Shown here: piece after piece, positions 39,113 through 49,119 of the stretch
Layout of the letters: every line of letters begins with the position of its first letter
How positions within the stretch are numbered: position 1 is the first letter of the stretch
Assembly: GCA_032249135.1 (NCBI GenBank)
Contig: JAVVGL010000008.1
Coordinates: 1 to 64,000 of the forward strand
Length of the DNA stretch: 64,000 nt
From: Candidatus Calescibacterium sp.
GTDB lineage: Bacteria > Calescibacteriota > Calescibacteriia > Calescibacteriales > Calescibacteriaceae
Direction of reading: 5' to 3'
Notes under the pieces: model-generated
What the model was told of the DNA's origin: nothing
Databases searched by the model: none
The model's input: the letters and a program-made list of their open reading frames with translations, nothing else
Program-made: the position numbers and the translations under genes

Positions 39113-39117
39113 TATTT

Positions 39118-40686
39118 TTATATTTTAACGAAAGTTGCTCTCAAAACATTAGGAATCTTTCTTATATCCTCAATAACATCATCTGGAGGAATAGAATCTA
39201 TATTAACCAGAGCAATGGCTTTCCCTCCTGGTTTTTCTCTTCCGAGATGAATTGAAGCAATATTTATTCCCTTTTCTCCAAGGTAAGTTCCTATTTTACC
39301 GACGACTCCGGGTTTATCTTCATTTTCGAAAAATATTATGTTTCCCGCTGCGGGTGCCTCAACTCGCATCGAGTTAAGTTCTATAATTCTTGGCTCTCCT
39401 TGAAAAATAATTCCTCCAATTGAGAAAACACCCTGCGATGTAGAAACTTCAACTTTTACCTGAAATTGGGTTCCTGAATCTTTTACTACAGTTTCACCAA
39501 GTAAAATTCCTCTTGACTTTATAATACTTTCTGAGTTGAGTGGAGTTGCTAATTCTTCTCCGAACATATTTTTTGCAAATCCCCAAGCTACCCCAGCTCT
39601 CACAATATATGCTTCATCAATAGTGGTTAAAACTTTTATTTCTTTGATAGTAAATGGATATGCTTGGGCTAAAAAAGAAGCGAGCTTTGTGCCAAGTTCA
39701 AAAAACTGAACTTTATCTTCTGGTATTGGGAAGAAATTGACTGCGTCCTGAATTATTCCATATTTTAAAAACTTTATAACCTTCTGTGCTATCTCCAAGG
39801 AAACATTTCGCTGTCCCTCTACTGTTGAGGCTCCAAGATGGGGAGTTAAAACAACATTATCTAAATGTAAAAGAGGATTATCTGGATCTGGGGGTTCTTT
39901 TTCAAAGACATCTATTCCTGCTCCCCAAACTTTTCCCGCTTTTATATATTTTGCCAGAGCTTGCTCACTTATTATTCCACCTCTTGCACAGTTTATAATT
40001 ATAACTCCATCTTTCATTTTCTCGAATTCCTTCTCGCCTATCATACCTCGTGTTTTTTCAGTAAGTGGAACGTGAACCGTTATTATATCAGATTCTCTCA
40101 GGAGCTCATCAAAATCAACTTTTTTGAATCTCTGATCATCAACATAAGGGTCGTAAAAGATGACATTCATTCCAATAGCTTTTGAAATTTCAGCCACTTT
40201 CTTTCCTATATTTCCAAGACCTATTATTCCTATTGTTTTTCCTGAAAGTTCTCGCCCTATAAATTTATTCTTTTCCCATTTACCTTCTTTTAAAGATTTG
40301 TGAGCTTGCGGAATTTTTCTTGCAACAGCAAAAATCAAAGCGATTGTATGTTCAGCTGTTGTTATAGCCGCTCCCAAAGTATTCATGACTATTATTCCTT
40401 TTTCAGTTGCTGTTTTTACATCTATATTATCTACGCCTATTCCAGCTCTACCTATGACTTTGAGGTTCTTTGCATTTTCTAAAACCCTTCTTGAAACTTT
40501 CGTAGCAGACCTTACAATCAAACCAGAATATTCGCCAGAAGATAAAAGTTCTATTAATTCATCTTCTTCTATTTTCCCTCTTTCTTCGACTTCAAAATGC
40601 TCTCTCAGTAAATCTATTCCGGCTTTGTCTATGCCATCACACGCAAGGACTTTTTGTTTGCCGGTCTGATCATTGCTCTTGACCAT
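39118..40686 (-). CDS. serA: D-3-phosphoglycerate dehydrogenase
   Basis: IGRAGIGVDNID, GLGNIG, NCARGG, TPHLGAST, C-terminal ACT (NEDKPGVVG). Confidence 0.95.
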   Translation of the reverse strand: MVKSNDQTGKQKVLACDGIDKAGIDLLREHFEVEERGKIEEDELIELLSSGEYSGLIVRSATKVSRRVLENAKNLKVIGRAGIGVDNIDVKTATEKGIIVMNTLGAAITTAEHTIALIFAVARKIPQAHKSLKEGKWEKNKFIGRELSGKTIGIIGLGNIGKKVAEISKAIGMNVIFYDPYVDDQRFKKVDFDELLRESDIITVHVPLTEKTRGMIGEKEFEKMKDGVIIINCARGGIISEQALAKYIKAGKVWGAGIDVFEKEPPDPDNPLLHLDNVVLTPHLGASTVEGQRNVSLEIAQKVIKFLKYGIIQDAVNFFPIPEDKVQFFELGTKLASFLAQAYPFTIKEIKVLTTIDEAYIVRAGVAWGFAKNMFGEELATPLNSESIIKSRGILLGETVVKDSGTQFQVKVEVSTSQGVFSIGGIIFQGEPRIIELNSMRVEAPAAGNIIFFENEDKPGVVGKIGTYLGEKGINIASIHLGREKPGGKAIALVNIDSIPPDDVIEDIRKIPNVLRATFVKI

Positions 40687-40825
40687 TTATTTTCCCTCCT
40701 TCCAATTTTTAATTTTGAAAAAGAATAATAAAAAGCAAAATTTTCAAAAGTTATCTTTATAAACTAAAAAATTTTTCCTAAAATCTTAAATTAAATCTTA
40801 AATTAAAAATAAAGGTGGAAAAATT

Positions 40826-41635
40826 ATGGATGGCAGGTTCAAAGACTTGATTATAAAATTCCAAGAAATAAAAAGGGGGCTTTTATCTGCTGAAGATATT
40901 GAGATTATAGAAGGTGAAGAGATAATAAGAAGTTCTGGATGGGGTAAGATAAAATCTGCTCTTGGACTCTCAAATGAGATAAAATTAGCAGAAAGGATAG
41001 AAACGGGAGAGAATGGAGCGAAAAAAGTAATATGGAGATATATAATAAAGGTCTCAACGCAAGATGGAATTTTCTCGGAAGGAGAGGGCATATGCTCATC
41101 GGACGAGTTTGAGGGTAAAACTGAAAACTTCATATCATATATTGCACAAACAAGGGCTTTGAGCAGAGCCGTATCATTTCTTTTGGGAGTAATAAAGATG
41201 TCAGCAGATGAGATTTTACCATACATAACTAAAAAGGAAAAAGGAAAAGCTGGCTTATCTATTCCGGAGGAAATGGCAGAAGAGTGGCATAAAAAAGAAA
41301 GAAGCCTCGAAAAGGAAATGAAAATATACTCAGATGTGATCTCTACACCGGAAGAGAAACAAGAATTATATGAAGCAAAGAGAACGAAAATTGAAGAACC
41401 TGAGGAAGAGATAAGAATTGAGAAAAAGAGATTAACCTCAATTCAAAGGCGAGAAATCTTTTCTCAAATAGGAGAATTTTTGAATAAACTCGGAATGAAA
41501 ACACCAGAAGAAAAAAGAGAATATGTTTCAAAAATTTTGAAAAAACAAGTAGTGAAATCATCTGAACTCCAAGATGAAGAACTTTTACTGCTTTATGAAA
41601 CCCTAAAAAGAGAGTTAGAGAAGAAAATAAAATAA
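40826..41635 (+). CDS. Hypothetical protein, possible ssDNA-annealing (Rad52/Sak-like) fold
   Basis: SGWGKI...SEGEGICSSDE...AQTRALSRAVSFLLG...SADE N-domain plus charged helical C-terminus. Confidence 0.4.
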   Translation: MDGRFKDLIIKFQEIKRGLLSAEDIEIIEGEEIIRSSGWGKIKSALGLSNEIKLAERIETGENGAKKVIWRYIIKVSTQDGIFSEGEGICSSDEFEGKTENFISYIAQTRALSRAVSFLLGVIKMSADEILPYITKKEKGKAGLSIPEEMAEEWHKKERSLEKEMKIYSDVISTPEEKQELYEAKRTKIEEPEEEIRIEKKRLTSIQRREIFSQIGEFLNKLGMKTPEEKREYVSKILKKQVVKSSELQDEELLLLYETLKRELEKKIK

Positions 41636-41740
41636 TAAAGAGGAAAATAAAATAATAAAATAAAAAGGACAAAGCTAAAGACTTACAAAGTTAAAAACTT
41701 ACAAAATAATAGAACAAAAAATAATGTAAAATAAAAATGA

Positions 41741-43411
41741 TTGTTTGATCATAAACAAAAGATGGGTGGAGAATTATATCTGAAAAGCAAATTGTATCTG
41801 AGAAACAAAAATCTTATTTTGAAAGATGTAAAGCTTGTTTCACGGGAAAAAGCTCGTGAACTTGACCAGATAGCAGAAAGAGAATACGGCATACCAACTT
41901 TGCTCCTTATGGAAAATGCGGGAAGAATGATAGCAGAAAATGTACTGAAAATTGTGTCGGAAATAGGATTGAAAAATATTGTGATTGTTGCAGGGAAAGG
42001 AAACAACGGGGGAGATGGATTCTGTGCAGCAAAACATATAAAAAATCAAAGAAAAGAAATAAACATAAAAATCATAATATTAGAAGACGAAGGAAAATTA
42101 AAAGGTGATGCACTTGTAAATTTCCAGATAGCAAAAAAAATGGAAATCCCGATAGTTCAGCTGAAAAATGGCGGAGAATTGAAAAATTTTTTGCCAGAAG
42201 AAGGTATATTAATAGACGCAATTTTTGGGACGGGACTTTCAAAAGATATAGAAGACAAATTTTTTTTAGATGTAATAGAAACAATAAATCTTTGGAAAGA
42301 AGCTGATGAAGAAAAGAAAGATAAAGATAAAAAAAGATTTATTGTAGCAGTTGATATACCATCTGGACTTGATTCAAATCAGGGGATACCTCGCCCGAAA
42401 GCAGTAAAAGCAGATATAACAATAACATTCGCTCCAGCAAAAGTAGGATTATTTGTCGGAGAAGCATCAAAATACACAGGAAAAATAATCATAGAAGACA
42501 TAGGAATACCGGTAGAGCTTTGGGAAAACTCTGAATTTACACTCATATCAAAAGAAATAGTAAGAGGAATTTTGAAAGAAAGAGAAGATCTTTCACATAA
42601 GGGAACTTACGGTCACCTTTTGTGTATAGTAGGAGGACTCGGCAGAGCCGGTGCAGCTGTTCTTTCAGGAAAAGGAGCTCTCCACATCGGCACAGGACTT
42701 GTCACAATCATAACTCCCGATGTAGTTTATAATCCAGTCGCATCAGGAGCAAGGGAGTTTATGGTGATTCCAGCTCCATCTCAAAATAAAACCTTTTCAG
42801 AAAAAGCTTGCGAAGTTATAGACGAACATATTGAAGGCAAAACAGCAATTCTTATAGGACCTGGAATCTGGGATGAAGAAGGTAGCAGAAAAGTTCTAAT
42901 ACATACTATAAACAGAGCAAAGGAGAAAAAAATTCCCATCGTACTTGATGCAGATGCGATAAATATACTTTCTCACTTAGATTTAGGAATTCTTGATGAA
43001 GTACGTGGAGTTATAACTCCTCACCCCGGGGAAGCAGCGAGACTTCTCAAAAAAACAACCTCTGAAATTCAGAAAGATAGAATTCAAAGTGCAAAAGAAA
43101 TAAGTCAAAGAACAAAACTTGTATCGGTTCTCAAAGGATTCAGAACTATAATAACGGATGGGGAAAATTTTTTCATTAACACAACCGGGGGAGCAGAACT
43201 TGCTACTGGGGGAACAGGAGATGTTCTTGCAGGAATAATAGGGGGGCTTTTAGCACAAGGATATTCTTTGATGGAGTCAGCTGTTGCTGGTGTTTTTATT
43301 CACGGACTTGCGGGAGAAATTGTATCAAAAGAGAAAAAGTTCAAACTCTCACTCGCAGAAGAAGTAGCAGAAAACTTAGAAAGAGCTTTGGCTGAGATTC
43401 TTTCTACTTAG
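41741..43411 (+). CDS. nnr: Bifunctional NAD(P)H-hydrate epimerase/dehydratase
   Basis: LMENAG, GKGNNGGDG, DAIFGTG, DIPSG, HKGTYG, TPHPGE, GGTGDVLAG; true start may be somewhat downstream. Confidence 0.95.
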   Translation: MFDHKQKMGGELYLKSKLYLRNKNLILKDVKLVSREKARELDQIAEREYGIPTLLLMENAGRMIAENVLKIVSEIGLKNIVIVAGKGNNGGDGFCAAKHIKNQRKEINIKIIILEDEGKLKGDALVNFQIAKKMEIPIVQLKNGGELKNFLPEEGILIDAIFGTGLSKDIEDKFFLDVIETINLWKEADEEKKDKDKKRFIVAVDIPSGLDSNQGIPRPKAVKADITITFAPAKVGLFVGEASKYTGKIIIEDIGIPVELWENSEFTLISKEIVRGILKEREDLSHKGTYGHLLCIVGGLGRAGAAVLSGKGALHIGTGLVTIITPDVVYNPVASGAREFMVIPAPSQNKTFSEKACEVIDEHIEGKTAILIGPGIWDEEGSRKVLIHTINRAKEKKIPIVLDADAINILSHLDLGILDEVRGVITPHPGEAARLLKKTTSEIQKDRIQSAKEISQRTKLVSVLKGFRTIITDGENFFINTTGGAELATGGTGDVLAGIIGGLLAQGYSLMESAVAGVFIHGLAGEIVSKEKKFKLSLAEEVAENLERALAEILST

Positions 43412-43412
43412 T

Positions 43413-43886
43413 TTACTTTTTCACAATAACCTGAGATTGAACGAACTTTTTTCTACCACCTTCAAAATCAAGAAACCATCCCATAAAATCTCCTTTTTGT
43501 CCATTAATGATTGACATTATAAGGTAAAATAGTCCGTCTACTGCGGCTTCAAGATCGTACTGTGATGCAATAGGAGGATGATCGGGGTGAGTGTGATATA
43601 TTCCAATTATCTCCAAATTTTTTTTGTCTGCCTCATCTTGAATGCGCACGAAATCAAGGGGATCAAGAATGAACCTGATAGGATTGTCGCTTAAATTTTT
43701 TGCTTCTTTAACTTCATTGCTTATAAAAACTATTTCATTTTCATTTTCTTCTACTTTTCCCAAAATTATTCCACAAGCCTCATGGGGGTACTGTCTTTTT
43801 CCATGTTGAGCTATGCAATCAAGTAAGCTCTCATCTATAATAAGTTTTGCTCTTTTTGTTTTTGAAACTTGATTTTCCATATTCAT
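43413..43886 (-). CDS. JAB/MPN (M67) metallopeptidase
   Basis: YPHEACG and YHTHPDHPPIASQYD (JAMM motif). Confidence 0.9.
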   Translation of the reverse strand: MNMENQVSKTKRAKLIIDESLLDCIAQHGKRQYPHEACGIILGKVEENENEIVFISNEVKEAKNLSDNPIRFILDPLDFVRIQDEADKKNLEIIGIYHTHPDHPPIASQYDLEAAVDGLFYLIMSIINGQKGDFMGWFLDFEGGRKKFVQSQVIVKK

Positions 43887-43954
43887 CCGAATTTCCGAAA
43901 TAGATCAAAAATAAAATTTTCTAAAATTTACACACAAATTTTAAAAATATTGAT

Positions 43955-45484
43955 ATGAATAAAAAATTTCTCTTTTTCGCCTTTTTAACTTTATTTGCAC
44001 TGTATGGGTGTAGCAAGGAATCAGAAGGTAAAAATATACAAATCCGTAATCCGATAATAAATGAAATTTTAGGAGAAAAATTGAGTGAAGTTCCTTCTCA
44101 AACACCAAAATTATGCATTTCAGGAGGAATAAATATAGATAACAAAGATGAAATGATAAGGACTATTGATATCTTGAAATCAGCTGGATTTGATGTGATT
44201 CGCCGAGATTTTCTCTGGGAAGAGATAGAACCGGAAGAGAATAAAATAGATGAGGTGAAATTACAAAGATACAAAGAATTTGTAAATGAAGCAAAAAAAA
44301 GAAATATTGAGGTAATATCACTTGTAGTGTATGGGAACTGGTGGGCATCAGATGAATCAAAAATTTGCTACCAAGCCTGTTTGGAATCTGGAAAACAAGA
44401 AGGTGAATGCAAATCTTCATGTGCAAAATTAGTTCCCGATCCACAAAAATATGGGAAATTTGCAGGTTTCCTTGCGGAAAGTTTTCCAGAGATAAATATG
44501 TTTGAGATTTGGAACGAACCTAACTGGATTATCTTTTTGCAACCGAACTTTCCCGAAGCATATGCAGATATTTTCTTTACAGCAAGGGCAAGCATAAAAA
44601 AATATGGTGAGAAAAAGGAAGTAATATTGGGAGGACTTCTTATGCATGAAATAACAAATTTACCAAGCTCGGTTCTGTATAACTGGCGTGAGTTTTTAGG
44701 TAAATTGAGGGAAAGAAGTGTTCTAAATTTAGCAGATTCAGTTGCATTTCATCCTTATATAGGATCAAAGCCTATGCCTTATCCCCCTTCCTTACCACCG
44801 GAGGACTCAAAAAATTCAGCAGGTTCTCTTATATACTACATATCATCTTTGAGGAAGCTTATAAAATCTTTTATATCAGAGGAAAAACCTATTCACATAA
44901 CCGAGATAGGTTGGCCAGCAAATTATTCTGAAAAGACGGGAGAAAGATATGGTTCAGCTCAATACATATCAGAGGAATCGCAGGCAAGCTTTATAATAAG
45001 AGCATTTGTTATTTCTGCTATTCTCGGAGTAAAAACATTTTGCATATACACCTTAAAAGATTTACCAGATGACTTTCAAGTGTATCACGATGCCGAAAAA
45101 TATTTTGGAGTTCTGAGGAAAAATTTTACTCCGAAAAAATCGTATGAAGCAATAAAATTTACTATACCAAAAATAAAAGGAAAATATATAGGGGATGTAA
45201 AGATAGAAATTGTTGATGAAACGGAAAGGAATAAAGAAGAAGGTGAGAGAAAAATAGTATTTTCTCCTGCATTTGAGGGGGGAGATAAAAAATTGCGAGC
45301 TATATTTTGGGTCGTCGGACCGGATGGCACAGAACAAAAAGAAAAAATAAAGGTCAAAGCATACATTCCAGAAAACTCGGAGATATTCTCAATATATGGA
45401 GAAAAAATAACAAATTACGAAAAGGGCAAGGGTTATATAATTTTAGAGATTTCTTCATCACCTCAAATTGCGGAGATAAAATAA
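43955..45484 (+). CDS. Glycoside hydrolase clan A (GH5/GH39-like) lipoprotein
   Basis: Lipobox LYGC; EIWNEPN acid/base, FHPY, ITEIGWP nucleophile. Confidence 0.8.
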   Translation: MNKKFLFFAFLTLFALYGCSKESEGKNIQIRNPIINEILGEKLSEVPSQTPKLCISGGINIDNKDEMIRTIDILKSAGFDVIRRDFLWEEIEPEENKIDEVKLQRYKEFVNEAKKRNIEVISLVVYGNWWASDESKICYQACLESGKQEGECKSSCAKLVPDPQKYGKFAGFLAESFPEINMFEIWNEPNWIIFLQPNFPEAYADIFFTARASIKKYGEKKEVILGGLLMHEITNLPSSVLYNWREFLGKLRERSVLNLADSVAFHPYIGSKPMPYPPSLPPEDSKNSAGSLIYYISSLRKLIKSFISEEKPIHITEIGWPANYSEKTGERYGSAQYISEESQASFIIRAFVISAILGVKTFCIYTLKDLPDDFQVYHDAEKYFGVLRKNFTPKKSYEAIKFTIPKIKGKYIGDVKIEIVDETERNKEEGERKIVFSPAFEGGDKKLRAIFWVVGPDGTEQKEKIKVKAYIPENSEIFSIYGEKITNYEKGKGYIILEISSSPQIAEIK

Positions 45485-45489
45485 AAATT

Positions 45490-45717
45490 ATGGAAATATC
45501 CCCAGAAATATTAGAGAAAGCAAAAAAAGTAGAAGAGCTTATAGCTGAATGGGAAAATGCTCTTGAAGCAAAAGATACGGAAAAGCTCAAAAAAATAGCT
45601 TATGAAATACTGAAAATGGGAGATGAGTTTATGAAAAAAATATGGAAGGATATAAAACCCGGTGAAAAAATTTCTGATGTTGCAAAAAAAGTACTTGAAC
45701 AAAAGGAAAATACTTGA
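45490..45717 (+). CDS. Small helical hypothetical protein (75 aa)
   Basis: ATG 45490 just after the upstream stop; charged amphipathic sequence MEISPEILEKAKKVEELIAEWENALE. Confidence 0.65.
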   Translation: MEISPEILEKAKKVEELIAEWENALEAKDTEKLKKIAYEILKMGDEFMKKIWKDIKPGEKISDVAKKVLEQKENT

Positions 45718-45723
45718 CCTACG

Positions 45724-46737
45724 CTACTCTTTTCTGAGCCAGGGCATCATAGCTCTTAATTTCTCTCCAACTTTCTCAGCCTCTATATTCTCCCATTCTT
45801 TAAGCAATGAATTAAAAACAGGGCGTCCCGACATATTCTCTAATATCCACTCTTTTGCAAATTTTCCCGATGTTATCTCTTCAAGTATTTCTTTCATCTT
45901 TTTTCTCACATTTTCATCTATAATACGGGGACCGCGAGTTAAATCTCCGTACTTTGCTGTATTTGATATATATTTTCTCATCATTTTAAATCCGCCTTCG
46001 TAAATCAAATCGACTATGAGTTTCATCTCATGTATGCATTCAAAGTAAGCGAGTTCGGGTGGGTAGCCGGCTTCCACAAGGGTTTCAAATGCGGCACGCA
46101 TCAAAGAAGTTAGCCCTCCGCACAGCACAACTTGTTCTCCGAAAAGATCTGTTTCTGTTTCGTCTTTGAAGGTTGTTTCTATAACACCAGCTCGTGAGGC
46201 TCCTATTGCTTTTGCATAGGCGAGAGCAACTTGTTTTGTATCACCAGATGGATCTTGATAGACTGCAAGTAAAGCGGGAACTCCTCTGCCCTTTAAAAAT
46301 TCATCTCTGACAAGCTTCCCAGGTCCCTTGGGAGCAACCATAAAAACATTAACATCTTCTGGTGGTACTATTTGTTTGAAGTGTATGTTAAATCCGTGAG
46401 CGAAGGCAAGATATTTTCCTTTTGTAAGACCTTTCTTTATTTTCTCCTCATAAACTTTTGGCTGTTCTTCATCTGGTATAAGAACCATTATAATGTCAGC
46501 CCATTTTGCGGCATCTTCTATCTCCATAACTTCAAGTCCAACTTTTCTTGCTACTTCCCATGAAACTCCTCCTTTTCGCAACCCGACAGCAACTTCAACT
46601 CCGGAGTCTTTGAGGTTTAGGGCATGAGCATGTCCTTGACTTCCGAAACCTATAATTGCAACCTTTTTATCTTTTATGTAAGATATGTCCGCATCCTTGT
46701 CATAGTATATATTGACTTTTCTTCCCTTTTCACTCAT
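45724..46737 (-). CDS. ilvC: Ketol-acid reductoisomerase
   Basis: [39 protein letters not shown] 46737 with AAGGAGGT RBS. Confidence 0.97.
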   Translation of the reverse strand: MSEKGRKVNIYYDKDADISYIKDKKVAIIGFGSQGHAHALNLKDSGVEVAVGLRKGGVSWEVARKVGLEVMEIEDAAKWADIIMVLIPDEEQPKVYEEKIKKGLTKGKYLAFAHGFNIHFKQIVPPEDVNVFMVAPKGPGKLVRDEFLKGRGVPALLAVYQDPSGDTKQVALAYAKAIGASRAGVIETTFKDETETDLFGEQVVLCGGLTSLMRAAFETLVEAGYPPELAYFECIHEMKLIVDLIYEGGFKMMRKYISNTAKYGDLTRGPRIIDENVRKKMKEILEEITSGKFAKEWILENMSGRPVFNSLLKEWENIEAEKVGEKLRAMMPWLRKE

Positions 46738-46764
46738 TTTTATTACCTCCTTTATAAAAACCGT

Positions 46765-46801
46765 ATTTGATCTATGTCGCAATCAAATTTGATTTATGTC
46801 G
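46765..46801. promoter_or_regulatory. Tandem 15-bp direct repeat / CRP-FNR-like boxes upstream of ilvC
   Basis: atttgatctatgtcg (46765) and atttgatttatgtcg (46787), 22-bp period; perfect palindrome aatcaaatttgatt at 46781-46794. Confidence 0.45.
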
Positions 46802-46865
46802 AAAAATTATGAAAATACTTAATTCAGAAATAAAAGCTTTTTGCTTAAATATTATTAGTGATAAT

Positions 46866-47228
46866 TTAGTTTGGCTTTGGTATTTTACCAGTTATAAGAT
46901 AATCTGTAAATATAGTTTCGGCATTGAGGATTTTTTCCCTCAAATCCTTCAAAATCTCGCGAGCGTCATCATCATCTCTTACAAGTTTTTCACTTACTAT
47001 AAGGCACGAATCAATAAATTCAAGAAGATCTATTATCTTGACAATCTTTTTTACCCTCAAAGATAGCTCTTCATTATCAAAGAACAAGTCATCTTTATCT
47101 CCTGATAAATTTTCTTCTTTCTCATCTGAAAATAAAACACGAGTCTCTTCATCATCTGATAAAAACCAGTCGCCCGCTAAAAATTCATCTTCTTCTTTCT
47201 TATTCTTGTATTTTTTGTTTTCTTTCAT
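46866..47228 (-). CDS. Acidic hypothetical protein
   Basis: 120-aa ORF with GAGGTG RBS; D/E-rich N-half, helical C-half. Confidence 0.65.
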   Translation of the reverse strand: MKENKKYKNKKEEDEFLAGDWFLSDDEETRVLFSDEKEENLSGDKDDLFFDNEELSLRVKKIVKIIDLLEFIDSCLIVSEKLVRDDDDAREILKDLREKILNAETIFTDYLITGKIPKPN

Positions 47229-47281
47229 ATTTTTTCACCTCTACTCTTATTCTTTCGGAAGTGAATTATTTTTTTTAAGTA

Positions 47282-47752
47282 ATGGAACCGGTAAAGATGA
47301 GGATAGAGGCCGATGAGATTAATATAAGACCCGCTGATGAGAGAGATTTAGAGAAAATACTTGAGATAGAAACAAGATCTTTCAAAAAACCTTGGAGCAA
47401 GAACCTTCTTCTGTATTCAATAAGAGTTGGGGGAATGTTTGTAGCTGAAATTGATGGTGAGATCAGAGGATACATCGCTTTCAGCAAAATACTTGATGAA
47501 GTACATATAGAAAACATAGCGGTTGAACCGGAATGGAGAGGAAAAGGAATAGGTTCGCATCTTCTAAAATTTGTGATAGAAAAAAACAAGGATTGTGATT
47601 TTTTTCTTGAAGTTAGACCCTCAAACCAATCTGCAATTTCACTTTACAAAAAATTTGGTTTCTTTGAAGTGGGAAGAAGAAAAAAATATTATGGAGATGA
47701 AGACGCTATCATGATGGTGAGAAGAAAAGAAATAATAAGGAGAACAAAATAA
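47282..47752 (+). CDS. rimI: Ribosomal protein S18 alanine N-acetyltransferase
   Basis: SFKKPWS, NIAVEPEWRGKGIG, LEVRPSN, RKKYYGDEDAIMM. Confidence 0.9.
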   Translation: MEPVKMRIEADEINIRPADERDLEKILEIETRSFKKPWSKNLLLYSIRVGGMFVAEIDGEIRGYIAFSKILDEVHIENIAVEPEWRGKGIGSHLLKFVIEKNKDCDFFLEVRPSNQSAISLYKKFGFFEVGRRKKYYGDEDAIMMVRRKEIIRRTK

Positions 47753-47768
47753 GAGTATGAAAAGAAAA

Positions 47769-48047
47769 CTAACCTACTGCCTCTTTTTTTCTTTTATAGT
47801 ATTCTGCGTTCTTTTCTATAAAATGCTTCCACTTTTCAGGTAAAGACGATTCTGGGAATATAGCATTAACGGGACAAACTGGCTCGCAAGCTCCACAATC
47901 TATGCATTCGTTAGGGTCTATATAAAGTTGCTCCTCTTTTTCAAAATCAGGTTCATCTTTTTTGGGGTGAATGCAATCAACTGGACAAACCTCCGTGCAA
48001 GCGGTATCCTTTACCCCAATACAAGGCTCTGCAATTATATATGCCAT
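47769..48047 (-). CDS. 7Fe-type dicluster ferredoxin
   Basis: CIGVKDTACTEVCPVDC and CIDCGACEPVCP. Confidence 0.93.
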   Translation of the reverse strand: MAYIIAEPCIGVKDTACTEVCPVDCIHPKKDEPDFEKEEQLYIDPNECIDCGACEPVCPVNAIFPESSLPEKWKHFIEKNAEYYKRKKEAVG

Positions 48048-48087
48048 CTTTTTTCCCTCCTTTCACTTTAATCTAAAAATGTGAATT

Positions 48088-49119
48088 TCATTTTCCAAAT
48101 TTACTGAAATTCATAGGTAAAGAGTTTAGAGTGCAGTAAAAGAGGATATTTTTGTTTTTGAATTCATCTTTTTTTGCAAGGATTGCCGCAAGAGTTTTTG
48201 CCGTATAAGTTTTCTCCACTTTCATATATTTTGAAAAAAATCTCATAGCTTCTATCCCTTCATCAGAAGGGTATCCGTAACCTCTTCCGAGAAAACTGTG
48301 AATTATAGAAAAATTAGAGAAAGCCGATTCCTTTATTTTTGTAAGATCGCTGAGATTTAAAATTTCTTTGAGAACTTTTATTACTTTGCTTATAAGCTTT
48401 TTCGCTAAAAATTCATTACACAGAATCCTTTCAACAACTGCACATCCCAAAATTTTTGTTTTCATTCCACAAATAGCTAAACCACAGGAAAGTCCGACAA
48501 GCGTTCCCATAGTTCCAACTGGCAAAAATATAAAATCTGGTTCCGGAATCTTTCCAGAAAGAACATCTTCTTTTATCTCTATTGCAGCTAAAACAAATCC
48601 CAAAGATGAGATTTCCGATGTAGAGCCTGCTGGCACAAAAAATCCCTTCCTGATTGTAGCCAATACTTTTGAGATAATGAAGGCATGAAGGAAAGTTGGT
48701 ACAAAAACAAATCTAAAAGATAATTTTTTTGCCAATTCAGTATTTTCTCTCACATACACATCTCCCCATTTCCAAAGATATGTAGGAAAGACAAAAGTTG
48801 TGAATTTGATATCTTGGAAAAAATCTTTTGCATATATTAAGTTGGCAAGAATATGGTGAGAGCCTGTTGGACCGAATATAAAAACATCTTTTTTTTGAGA
48901 ATCTTTTATTTGTTTGAATATGAATTCAAGTTTTCTCGGTTTATTTCCTCCATATAAACCTAAAATATCATCTCTTTTTAAAAAGAAATTGAATCCAAGT
49001 TCGGCTGATAAATCTTTGTGAAAGTCTATTCTTGATGGCAGATTTACAAGCTCTACTTTTTTCTGCGATATTCTATCTTTTATTTCATATAGCTTGAGCT
49101 TCAAGGGCGTTCTTTCCAT
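48088..49119 (-). CDS. PLP enzyme, D-cysteine desulfhydrase/ACC deaminase family
   Basis: KRDD, GGNKPRKLEF, GTMGTLVGL, GYGYP, YTAK. Confidence 0.85.
   Translation of the reverse strand: MERTPLKLKLYEIKDRISQKKVELVNLPSRIDFHKDLSAELGFNFFLKRDDILGLYGGNKPRKLEFIFKQIKDSQKKDVFIFGPTGSHHILANLIYAKDFFQDIKFTTFVFPTYLWKWGDVYVRENTELAKKLSFRFVFVPTFLHAFIISKVLATIRKGFFVPAGSTSEISSLGFVLAAIEIKEDVLSGKIPEPDFIFLPVGTMGTLVGLSCGLAICGMKTKILGCAVVERILCNEFLAKKLISKVIKVLKEILNLSDLTKIKESAFSNFSIIHSFLGRGYGYPSDEGIEAMRFFSKYMKVEKTYTAKTLAAILAKKDEFKNKNILFYCTLNSLPMNFSKFGK

Noticed and set aside
43413-43886. JAB protein as part of a CBASS or ubiquitin-like defence system
   Set aside because: No cyclase, E1/E2 or ubiquitin-like gene nearby; resembles stand-alone sulfur-carrier-processing peptidases
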